A stretch of 64,000 bases of DNA, from contig OZ024741.1 of NCBI GenBank assembly GCA_964016885.1, forward strand, positions 45,322,001 through 45,386,000. Direction: 5' to 3'. The notes under the pieces were generated by a model that was given only the letters and a program-made list of their open reading frames with translations, had not been told where the DNA came from and did not search any database. The position numbers were made by a program, and so were the translations under genes. Source of the DNA: Eledone cirrhosa. Its lineage: Eukaryota. This document shows, piece by piece, positions 54,001-64,000 of this stretch; within the stretch, counting starts at the first letter, position 1; each line of letters begins with the position of its first letter.

Positions 54001-57000
54001 TGGTAACTGTAGTGGTTGTGATAGTGCTGATGTTGCTGCTGCTGTTGTTGTTGGTACTGTTACTGTATTTACTGCTGCTGTTGTGGTAACTGTAGTGGTT
54101 GTGATAGTGCTGACGTTGCTGCTGCTGCTGTTGTTGTTGGTACTGTTACTGTATTTACTGCTGCTGTTGGTGGTAACTGTAGTGGTTGTGATAGTGCTGA
54201 CGTTGCTGCTGCTGTTTGTTGTTGGTACTTTTACTGTATTTACTGCTGCTGTTGGTGGTAACTGTAGTGGTTGTGATAGTGCTGACGTTGCTGCTGCTGT
54301 TGTTGTTGGTACTGTTACTGTATTTACTGCTGCTGTTGTGGTAACTGTAGTGGTTGTGATAGTGCTGACGTTGCTGCTGCTGTTGTTGTTGGTACTGTTA
54401 CTGTATTTACTGCTGCTGTTGGTGGTAACTGTAGTGGTTTTGATAGTGCTGACGTTGCTGCTGCTGTTGTTGTTGGTACTTTTACTGTATTTACTGCTGC
54501 TGTTGTGGTAACTGTAGTGGTTGTGATAGTGCTGACGTTGCTGCTGCTGCTGTTGTTGTTGGTACTGTTACTGTATTTACTGCTGCTGTTGGTGGTAACT
54601 GTAGTGGTTTTGATAGTGCTGACGTTGCTGCTGCTGTTGTTGTTGGTACTTTTACTGTATTTACTGCTGCTGTTGTGGTAACTGTAGTGGTTGTGATAGT
54701 GCTGACGTTGCTGCTGCTGCTGTTGTTGTTGGTACTGTTACTGTATTTACTGCTGCTGTTGGTGGTAACTGTAGTGGTTGTGATAGTGCTGACTGTTGCT
54801 GCTGCTGTTGTTGTTGGTACTGTTACTGTATTTTACTGCTGCTGTTGTGGTAACTGTAGTGGTTGTGATAGTGCTGACGTTGCTGCTGCTGCTGTTGTTG
54901 TTGGTACTGTTACTGTATTTACTGCTGCTGTTGGTGGTAACTGTAGTGGTTGTGATAGTGCTGACGTTTGCTGCTGCTGTTGTTGTGGTACTTTTACTGT
55001 ATTTACTGCTGCTGTTGTGGTAACTGTAGTGGTTGTGATAGTGCTGACGTTGCTGCTGCTGTTGTTGTTGGTACTGTTACTGTATTTACTGCTGCTGTTG
55101 GTGGTAACTGTAGTGGTTTTGATAGTGCTGACGTTGCTGCTGCTGTTGTTGTTGGTACTTTTACTGTATTTACTGCTGCTGTTGTGGTAACTGTAGTGGT
55201 TGTGATAGTGCTGACGTTGCTGCTGCTGTTGTTGTTGGTACTGTTACTGTATTTACTGCTGCTGTTGGTGGTAACTGTAGTGGTTGTGATAGTGCTGACG
55301 TTGCTGCTGCTGCTGTTGTTGTTGGTACTGTTACTGTATTTACTGCTGCTGTTGGTGGTAACTGTAGTGGTTGTGATAGTGCTGACGTTGCTGCTGCTGT
55401 TGTTGTTGGTACTTTTACTGTATTTACTGCTGCTGTTGTGGTAACTGTAGTGGTTGTGATAGTGCTGACGTTGCTGCTGTTGTTGTTGTTGGTACTGTTA
55501 CTGTATTTACTGCTGCTGTTGGTGGTAACTGTAGTGGTTGTGATAGTGCTGACGTTGCTGCTGCTGCTGTTGTTGTTGGTACTGTTACTGTATTTACTGC
55601 TGCTGTTGGTGGTAACTGTAGTGGTTGTGATAGTGCTGACGTTGCTGCTGCTGTTGTTGTTGGTACTTTTACTGTATTTACTGCTGCTGTTGTGGTAACT
55701 GTAGTGGTTGTGATAGTGCTGACGTTGCTGCTGCTGTTGTTGTTGGTACTTTTACTGTATTTACTGCTGCTGTTGGTGGTAACTGTAGTGGTTGTGATAG
55801 TGCTGACGTTGCTGCTGCTGTTGTTGTTGGTACTGTTACTGTATTTACTGCTGCTGTTGGTGGTAACTGTAGTGGTTGTGATAGTGCTGACGTTGCTGCT
55901 GCTGTTGTTGTTGGTACTGTTACTGTATTTACTGCTGCTGTTGGTGGTAACTGTAGTGGTTGTGATAGTGCTGACGTTGCTGCTGCTGTTGTTGTTGGTA
56001 CTGTTACTGTATTTACTGCTGCTGTTGGTGGTAACTGTAGTGGTTGTGATAGTGCTGACGTTGCTGCTGCTGTTGTTGTTGGTACTTTTACTGTATTTAC
56101 TGCTGCTGTTGTGGTAACTGTAGTGGTTGTGATAGTGCTGACGTTGCTGCTGCTGTTGTTGTTGGTACTGTTACTGTATTTACTGCTGCTGTTGGTGGTA
56201 ACTGTAGTGGTTTTGATAGTGCTGACGTTGCTGCTGCTGTTGTTGTTGGTACTTTTACTGTATTTACTGCTGCTGTTGTGGTAACTGTAGTGGTTGTGAT
56301 AGTGCTGACGTTGCTGCTGCTGTTGTTGTTGGTACTGTTACTGTATTTACTGCTGCTGTTGGTGGTAACTGTAGTGGTTGTGATAGTGCTGACGTTGCTG
56401 CTGTTGTTGTTGTTGTTGGTACTGTTACTGTATTTACTGCTGCTGTTGGTGGTAACTGTAGTGGTTGTGATAGTGCTGACGTTGCTGTTGTTGTTGTTGT
56501 TAGTACTGTTACTGTATTTACTGCTGCTGTTGGTGGTAACTGTAGTGGTTGTGATAGTGCTGACGTTGCTGCTGCTGCTGTTGTTGTTGTTGGTACTGTT
56601 ACTGTATTTACTGCTGCTGTTGATGGTAACTGTAGTGGTTGTGATAGTGCTGACGTTGCTGCTGCTGTTGTTGTTGGTACTGTTACTGTATTTACTGCTG
56701 CTGTTGGTGGTAACTGTAGTGGTTGTGATAGTGCTGACGTTGCTGCTGTTGTTGTTGTTGGTACTGTTACTGTATTTACTGCTGCTGTTGATGGTAACTG
56801 TAGTGGTTGTGATAGTGCTGACGTTGCTGCTGCTGTTGTTGTTGGTACTGTTACTGTATTTACTGCTGCTGTTGGTGGTAACTGTAGTAGTTGTGATAGT
56901 GCTGACGTTGCTGCTGCTGTTGTTGTTGGTACTGTTACTGTATTTACTGCTGCTGTTGGTGGTAACTGTAGTGGTTGTGATAGTGCTGACGTTGCTGCTG

Positions 57001-59802
57001 TTGTTGTTGTTGGTACTGTTACTGTATTTACTGCTGCTGTTGGTGGTAACTGTAGTGGTTGTGATAGTGCTGACGTTGCTGTTGTTGTTGTTGTTGTTGG
57101 TACTGTTACTGTATTTACTGCTGCTGTTGATGGTAACTGTAGTGGTTGTGATAGTGCTGACGTTGCTGCTGCTGTTGTTGTTGGTACTGTTACTGTATTT
57201 ACTGCTGCTGTTGGTGGTAACTGTAGTGGTTGTGATAGTGCTGACGTTGCTGCTGCTGTTGTTGTTGTTGGTACTGTTACTGTATTTACTGCTGCTGTTG
57301 GTGGTAACTGTAGTGGTTGTGATAGTGCTGACGTTGCTGCTGCTGTTGTTGTTGGTACTGTTACTGTATTTACTGCTGCTGTTGGTGGTAACTGTAGTGG
57401 TTGTGATAGTGCTGACGTTGCTGCTGTTGTTGTTGTTGTTGGTACTGTTACTGTATTTACTGCTGCTGTTGGTGGTAACTGTAGTGGTTGTGATAGTGCT
57501 GACGTTGCTGTTGTTGTTGTTGGTACTGTTACTGTATTTACTGCTGCTGTTGGTGGTAACTGTAGTGGTTGTGATAGTGCTGACGTTGCTGCTGTTGTTG
57601 TTGTTGGTACTGTTACTGTATTTACTGCTGCTGTTGGTGGTAACTGTAGTGGTTGTGATAGTGCTGACGTTGCTGCTGCTGTTGTTGTTGTTGGTACTGT
57701 TACTGTATTTACTGCTGCTGTTGTGGTAACTGTAGTGGTTGTGATAGTGCTGACGTTGCTGCTGTTGTTGTTGTTGTTGGTACTCTTACTGTATTTACTG
57801 CTGCTGTTGGTGGTAACTGTAGTGGTTGTGATAGTGCTGAAGTTGCTGCTGCTGTTGTTGGTACTGTTACTGTATTTACTGCTGCTGTTGGTGGTAACTG
57901 TAGTGGTTGTGATAGTGCTGACGTTGCTGCTGTTGTTGTTGTTGGTACTGTTACTGTATTTACTGCTGCTGTTGGTGGTAACTGTAGTGGTTGTGATAGT
58001 GCTGACGTTGCTGCTGTTGTTGTTGTTGGTACTGTTACTGTATTTACTGCTGCTGTTGGTGGTAACTGTAGTGGTTGTGATAGTGCTGACGTTGCTGCTG
58101 CTGTTGTTGTTGGTACTGTTACTGTATTTACTGCTGCTGTAGGTGGTAACTGTAGTGGTTGTGATAGTGCTGACGTTGCTGTTGTTGTTGTTGGTACTGT
58201 TACTGTATTTACTGCTGCTGTTGGTGGTAACTGTAGTGGTTGTGATAGTGCTGACGTTGCTGCTGCTGCTGTTGTTGTTGGTACTGTTACTGTATTTACT
58301 GCTGCTGTAGTTGGTAACTGTAGTGGTTGTGATAGTGCTGACGTTACTGCTGCTGTTGTTGTTGGTACTGTTACTGTATTTACTGCTGCTGTTGGTGGTA
58401 ACTGTAGTGGTTGTGATAGTGCTGACGATGCTGCTGCTGTTGTTGTTGGTACTGTTACTGTATTTACTGCTGCTGTTGGTGGTAACTGTAGTGGTTGTGA
58501 TAGTGCTGACGTTGCTGCTGCTGTTGTTGTTGGTACTGTTACTGTATTTACTGCTGCTGTTGGTGGTAACTGTAGTGGTTGTGATAGTGCTGACGATGCT
58601 GCTGCTGTTGTTGTTGGTACTGTTACTGTATTTACTGCTGCTGTTGGTGGTAACTGTAGTGGTTGTGATAGTGCTGACGATGCTGCTGCTGTTGTTGTTG
58701 GTACTGTTACTGTATTTACTGCTGCTGTTGGTGGTAACTGTAGTGGTTGTGATAGTGCTGACGTTGCTGCTGTTGTTGTTGTTGGTACTGTTACTGTATT
58801 TACTGCTGCTGTTGGTGGTAACTGTAGTGGTTGTGATAGTGCTGACGTTGCTGTTGTTGTTGTTGGTACTGTTACTGTATTTACTGCTGCTGTTGGTGGT
58901 AACTGTAGTGGTTGTGATAGTGCTGACGTTGCTGTTGTTGTTGTTGGTACTGTTACTGTATTTACTGCTGCTGTTGGTGGTAACTGTAGTGGTTGTGATA
59001 GTGCTGACGTTGCTGTTGTTGTTGTTGGTACTGTTACTGTATTTACTGCTGCTGTTGGTGGTAACTGTAGTGGTTGTGATAGTGCTGACGTTGCTGTTGT
59101 TGTTGTTGGTACTGTTACTGTATTTACTGCTGCTGTTGGTGGTAACTGTAGTGGTTGTGATAGTGCTGACGTTGCTGTTGTTGTTGTTGGTACTGTTACT
59201 GTATTTACTGCTGCTGTTGGTGGTAACTGTAGTGGTTGTGATAGTGCTGACGTTGCTGTTGTGTTGTTGGTACTGTTACTGTATTTACTGCTGCTGTTGG
59301 TGGTAACTGTAGTGGTTGTGATAGTGCTGACGTTGCTGTTGTTGTTGTTGGTACTGTTACTGTATTTACTGCTGCTGTTGGTGGTAACTGTAGTGGTTGT
59401 GATAGTGCTGACGTTGCTGTTGTTGTTGTTGGTACTGTTACTGTATTTACTGCTGCTGTTGGTGGTAACTGTAGTGGTTGTGATAGTGCTGACGTTGCTG
59501 TTGTTGTTGTTGGTACTGTTACTGTATTTACTGCTGCTGTTGGTGGTAACTGTAGTGGTTGTGATAGTGCTGACGTTGCTGTTGTTGTTGTTGGTACTGT
59601 TACTGTATTTACTGCTGCTGTTGGTGGTAACTGTAGTGGTTGTGATAGTGCTGACGTTGCTGCTGTTGTTGTTGTTGTTGGTGGTGTTATTCATGCTCCT
59701 TTTCGTGCATTCTCTTAGGAGAAAATATTTCGGCTTCAGCCATGATTCTTTTATGAATTGGAGAGTGGGGTGATGCAACAGAATAGATGTAGCATTAGTC
59801 AT
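24051..59802 (-). other. Candidate giant low-complexity coding exon (Asn/Ser/Thr-rich or Thr/Ala/Pro-rich mucin-like repeat), interrupted by many 1-nt indels
   Basis: ATG at 59802 reads in frame into (SNVSTITTTTVTTNSSSKYSNSTNNNN)n, and that register exits the array into ~55 non-repetitive aa ending in TAA at 24051-24053; the alternative frame gives (TATSALSQPLQLPPTAAVNTVTVPTTT)n. No expression or homology evidence is available. Confidence 0.25.
24215..59686. repeat. ~35.5-kb tandem array, unit 81-90 bp (~415 copies)
   Basis: Consensus GGTACTGTTACTGTATTTACTGCTGCTGTTGGTGGTAACTGTAGTGGTTGTGATAGTGCTGACGTT(GCT)1-4(GTT)2-5; most length variation is in whole triplets. Confidence 0.98.
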
Positions 59803-59954
59803 TTAGGGGCCAAAGGTAAAGGGATATCGATCAACTTCCTCGGAAGTTGCTTGGTTGAGTCACAGAAAGTAAATAAATCTCCCAAAAATGTTAAAAGAAA
59901 AAACCGGAGAAACGCATCAAAATTTACAGAACGTAAACAGCGTGATGTACAGAC

Positions 59955-60088
59955 CAGAAACAACAATAACAAAAAAAACAAAACAACAACAACAATAACT
60001 ATAATAATAATGATAATAATAATAATGTCTACTTTATGTAAACCCTTGTGGTTAATAAAGAAAACAATAATAATAATAATAATAATGA
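59955..60088 (+). repeat. (AAC)n/(AAT)n microsatellite at the LINE 3' insertion site
   Basis: Visible AAC/AAT runs abutting the LINE tail. Confidence 0.9.
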
Positions 60089-63000
60089 TTTCTTTATTAA
60101 CCACAAGGGTTTACATAAAGTAGACATTAAGGAAGGTGCAGGACAATGCAGGACGGTACAAATGGACATTTCTACGTGTAAAAAACAAAAACAGATGATG
60201 TAACAAAAAATAACAATGAAAAATTCCCCAATAAGGGGGGACTTCGGAGGGACATTTGTGGAGAAAGCCCAGTAAAAAGCCACAATGACCCTGACCACCA
60301 AGGCAAGTGCCCTCTCCCAGTTTTCCACCTTTAATTTACAGATATATACTCAGAATAGGCCCATTCACTCGGGCCATTCTTGCTTCTCTCACCCATCTTT
60401 CAACAAAATGCTGGGAAGAGAGCACTTCCCTCTCTACTCTGATTTTCCTTTTCAAATGAAATTTGAAAAAGTCAATCAGAGCATCACCGAAGAGGTAAGT
60501 GCTCGTCTTCAGCCCTTTCAAACGTGTCCACCATACTATCTCTTTCGCCATGGCCACCAGGCAGATAAAAACTGCCTGCCCTTCCCGGCTAAAGGAGGAG
60601 GGCGGGGCAATCCTCACGATGGACTCAGATGATAGCTGGATCCGTCATAAACGCGACAGCAGGTGTTCGACATAAACCCACAAGTCAGCATTGCTCGGAC
60701 ACTGGACGAGTGCGTGCAGGACGGTTTCGTCGCCCTGCGCACATCTCGGACATGCCCGGCTGACGGCACCTCCATGCCCGTAGAGTTTATCCCGAACTGG
60801 CAAGGCTCCTCGGTAGCACTGCCAGGCCAGAGATTTCTGGAAGTTGTCCATAGGCACTGGCCCGAAAGTTCTTCCGAAGAGATTGGCTAGTTGATTTTCG
60901 TCGACGCCTAGAGTTTCCCAAGAACGTCGTCGCTCTTCCCCTCCACTAATCCTCTATAGAACGCCGAGGTGGAGTTTCCACCGATCACATTGCCCGATTG
61001 GTCGAGGGCTGTGAGCGCCTGAAGACATTCCAGTCTCCAGGCGCTCCCTCTCGGTCTTCGCATGACCCAGGACTGCAGCACCGTCAAGGAAACGAGCTGG
61101 GGAAATACGTGTCTAGCAAAAGGCGACCACACCTGATCACCGTCGAGGAAGAGGTGGAGATGTCGTAGCCTGAGCGCGTGTCTGCGCATCATCAACCACG
61201 GCATGCCCAGCCCTCCACGTAGCGGGTGTTGACAACAGATGGACCGCCTGACCATCGGAGCGCATCCCTTCCACAAGAAGCGAAAGAGCAAACGCTCCAG
61301 CGCAGTCAGGCGGGGCTTAGGACAAGGTATGACGGTCAGGCGGTAGTAGATGACGGATGCGATGTACGCATTCGCCACCTCCGCTCGACCTTTCAGGGAT
61401 AGCTTCCTCTCCGCCCATTTCTGGGTGAGAGAAGCCACCCTGCTCGTCACCTCGTCACAGTTTTTGTCCGTCTGGAGGTCCGGACCGAACCAGACACCTA
61501 GCAATTTAACCGGTCCGTCCGTCCAGCGTCCGACGAGGCTGTTGGACGGCATGGACCTGCCTCTCCAGGTGCCGAGCTGCAGGCCCACTGACTTTTCCTG
61601 GTTGATCATTGCTCCTGTCACCGCTTCGTATTCTCTTAGTGTAGTGCCGATCGCCTCGATGTGTTTGGCGTTCGACACCACTACGGTGACATCATCCGCA
61701 TATGCTGACACGGATCTTCCGCATCCTAGTTCGCGCGGGACGCCCCTCAACGTCTCCAGTTTGTGCAGTAATGGCTCGAGAGTCAATACGTACAAGAAGG
61801 ACGAGAGGGGACATCCTTGGCGGACCGAGCGCATGATGTTGAACGGTTCCGACAGGTGACCGTTCACTCTCACCACAGAGCAGATGTCGCTGTGCATGGC
61901 AGCGATCCAGACTCTGAAGACGGGCCCAAAGGCAGCCGCCCACAGGACTGCCGTTAGGTAACGATGTTCGAACCTATCGAAAGCTTTCGACTGATCTAAA
62001 TTGATCAAGGACCCACCCGTGCCAGGATGTATCGCATGAGGTGGAGGTTGTCGTGGATGGATATTTCGGGAATGGCGCATGTCTGCGCCTCTCCCACCAG
62101 ACCACCAACGACAGGCGCCAACCTCTTTGCTAGCACCTTGGCCAAAATCTTGAACTCTGTGTTTAGCAGACTTATGGGCCTGAAATTATCTATGTTATCA
62201 CCCTTGTTCGGATCCTTTCTCAGCAGTGCCACCGCTCCTCGGCTCACAGAGCTTGGAATTCTCCCGTTCTGTTGCCAGTTGCAGTAGACGTCCGCCAAGA
62301 GGCCTCCGAACAAGTCTGGCATCTGTACGTAAAGTTCATACGACAGACCATCCAAACCAGGCGATTTACCCCTTGTGCAGCCAGTCATTGCCTCCCGTAC
62401 GTCAGCGGCTGTTATCGGCTTTTCGCAACACTCCGCCTCAGTGGCCGAGAGCCGCGGCAGTCCATCGAGGTAGACACTAAAGTCCATACCTCGACCCGGC
62501 CATCCGCTGCCCCCGAACAGCTGAGAGAAGTGCCGATGAAAAGCCTCACACATTTGCCCGGGATCGAGTAGCATGCGCCCGTCGTGGTCCACCAAAGACT
62601 GGATCTTGGCTTTGTTGCCACGACGCGCCTCCGCCACTCGGGCCCATTGAACGGCTTTCGTCCCCTCGTGTCTGAGAGCACGCACCCTAGCTCTGACAAC
62701 GCAGCCTTCGTGCTTTGCATTGAAGAATTGGTCAAGGGCCAATTTCGCCGCAAGCACGTCGGTCGCGATGCCTTTGCTAAGCGCCTCGTCTAATTTTCTA
62801 ACTAGTTCTCCCTCTTCTCTATTTTTATCTATTGCTAAAGCCTTACTAAATCTAATGGATTCTATTCTAATCGCTCTTTTCAGAGCAAACCACCACTTGT
62901 TGTTGAAGATGGCCCCCGTCAACGCCCGCGTAACTAGTTCGCTAATCCGGTCTCTGTAGGCCTTGCGCGCTGGTAAGGACGCGTTTAGCTTCCAGTAGCC

Positions 63001-63760
63001 GGGTCCTCGTCTATGAAGCCTATCTAAGTCAAGCACACAGATCACGAATTTGTGGTCCGTGTAGCTGACTAACTTGAATTGTGGACAGCCTATGCTAGAC
63101 CTATCTATTTCCCTACAAAATACTCTATCTAGATATGATCTGGATGACCCTATGCGATTTGTCCAAGTCCACATTGGCACATTCGGGAAATCCAATCGGT
63201 ACCTGTCAGACAGTTCAAAACGCCTGAGCAGGTTGGTGAGACTCTTGCACCCTCCACCCCTATCCGCTAATCCTACACAGTCCCAGCGTGCATCTAAAAT
63301 CCCGTTCCAGTCGCCCACTAACACTAAAGAGCGGGACGTTCCAAGAAAGGTCTCCAGACGCCGGAAGAAATCAGGCCGCCCTGCTCCTGTCGGGGCATAG
63401 ACGGCCACTAGCCTGAAAGCTTGCCCGTCTCCGCTGGTCACGTCCAGCACCACCAATTTACCCTCTGGGTCCAGGAAGACGGCCCGTACAGCGAGATCCA
63501 AACCTCTCCAAAAAAGCACAGCAACTTCTCCCCCCGATCCAGGACGGCTGGGAGATGCGTACATATCGTAGCCGCTGAAGTTCGGTGTGAAGGCCCGTGC
63601 TTCGGAGATTCTGGTCTCGCTGATGGCCACTACATCTATGTTTAGTGACCTGAGGTCGTTGAGCAGGTGACCCTGCTTCCATGACGACCCAAAGCCACGC
63701 GCATTTATGCTGCCTATTCTGAGTGAGGTCATGTTTAAAATAGAGTGGAAAAGATGGGAA
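60064..63760 (-). mobile_element. L1/Tx1-clade LINE (ORF2 + 3' UTR with (ATT)n tail); may extend past the window
   Basis: ORF2 domains as in the next feature; the 3' UTR ends ...GGTTAATAAAGAAATC(ATT)n. Confidence 0.9.
60336..63732 (-). pseudogene. LINE ORF2: AP endonuclease + reverse transcriptase + zf-RVT, split by frameshifts and stops
   Basis: SINARG..AISET, VYAPT, LVGDWN, YLDRV, YTDHK, GPGYWKLN (Tx1-like), KSPGLDGL, NFRPISLLNTEFKILAK, LDQSKAFDR, VRQGCPLS, AYADD, GGLGMP, CPRC..ETVLHALVQC; pieces 63732-62005, 62080-60908, 60857-60645, 60617-60336. Confidence 0.95.
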
Positions 63761-64000
63761 AGACCATTTATCGTACTTTTCGTAGAGGAAGGATGGTTTC
63801 TCCATCCCTTTTCACTTACTTGATTGGTGAAGGGACCGTTGAATCTCCCTTCAGCTGGTCGTCGGCTCTTCTATGAGTATGTCCGAATATACTCTCCGGT
63901 TGAGAGTCCCTCCTAGGCCTCTGAAGTCACCAACTGCTTTGGGGAATTTCGTTTTAATGTTTGTGTATTGTTTCTGTGCTATTTTTAGCAGTCTTATGTT

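Noticed and set aside
24215-59686. CRISPR-like repeat-spacer array
   Set aside because: Units are contiguous with no unique spacers (only GCT/GTT slippage), there are no cas genes, and the context is eukaryotic.
25280-59773. Very long poly-Leu/Val plus-strand ORFs (up to 1601 aa) resembling multi-pass membrane proteins
   Set aside because: They are by-products of the (GTT/GCT)-phased repeat, mostly with non-ATG or internal starts and an implausible composition.
61350-63645. Plus-strand ORFs overlapping the LINE
   Set aside because: They are antisense shadows of the GC-rich ORF2 with no recognisable domains.

Overview
AT-rich, microsatellite-dense eukaryotic DNA. The (TA)n/(CA)n/(TATG)n tracts and SINE types suggest an octopus or other cephalopod genome (inference). 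The window has three parts. (1) 1-24 kb is mostly retroelement debris: a near-intact Penelope-like element (PLE; RT + GIY-YIG, 17.6-20.4 kb), a second internally deleted PLE on the minus strand, a GC-rich 5'-truncated CRE-like RT/RLE retrotransposon, tRNA-derived SINEs, a tandemly repeated ~610-bp element, and about ten type I hammerhead-ribozyme motifs or remnants. Several hammerheads have an unusually long helix II and a non-Watson-Crick pair at its base, and PLE pieces repeatedly occur as inverted pairs. (2) 24.2-59.7 kb is one ~35.5-kb tandem array of an 81-90-bp triplet-phased unit (~415 copies) with higher-order duplications. Four of six frames are open within the unit; it is either a giant mucin-like/glycoprotein exon or a microsatellite-derived satellite. 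(3) 60.1-63.7 kb is a disrupted L1/Tx1-type LINE ORF2 (APE endonuclease + RT + zinc knuckle) on the minus strand, whose 3' end forms a 41-bp palindrome around an (AAT)n tract. No conventional host gene can be called with confidence, and most short ORFs in the track are microsatellite translations.
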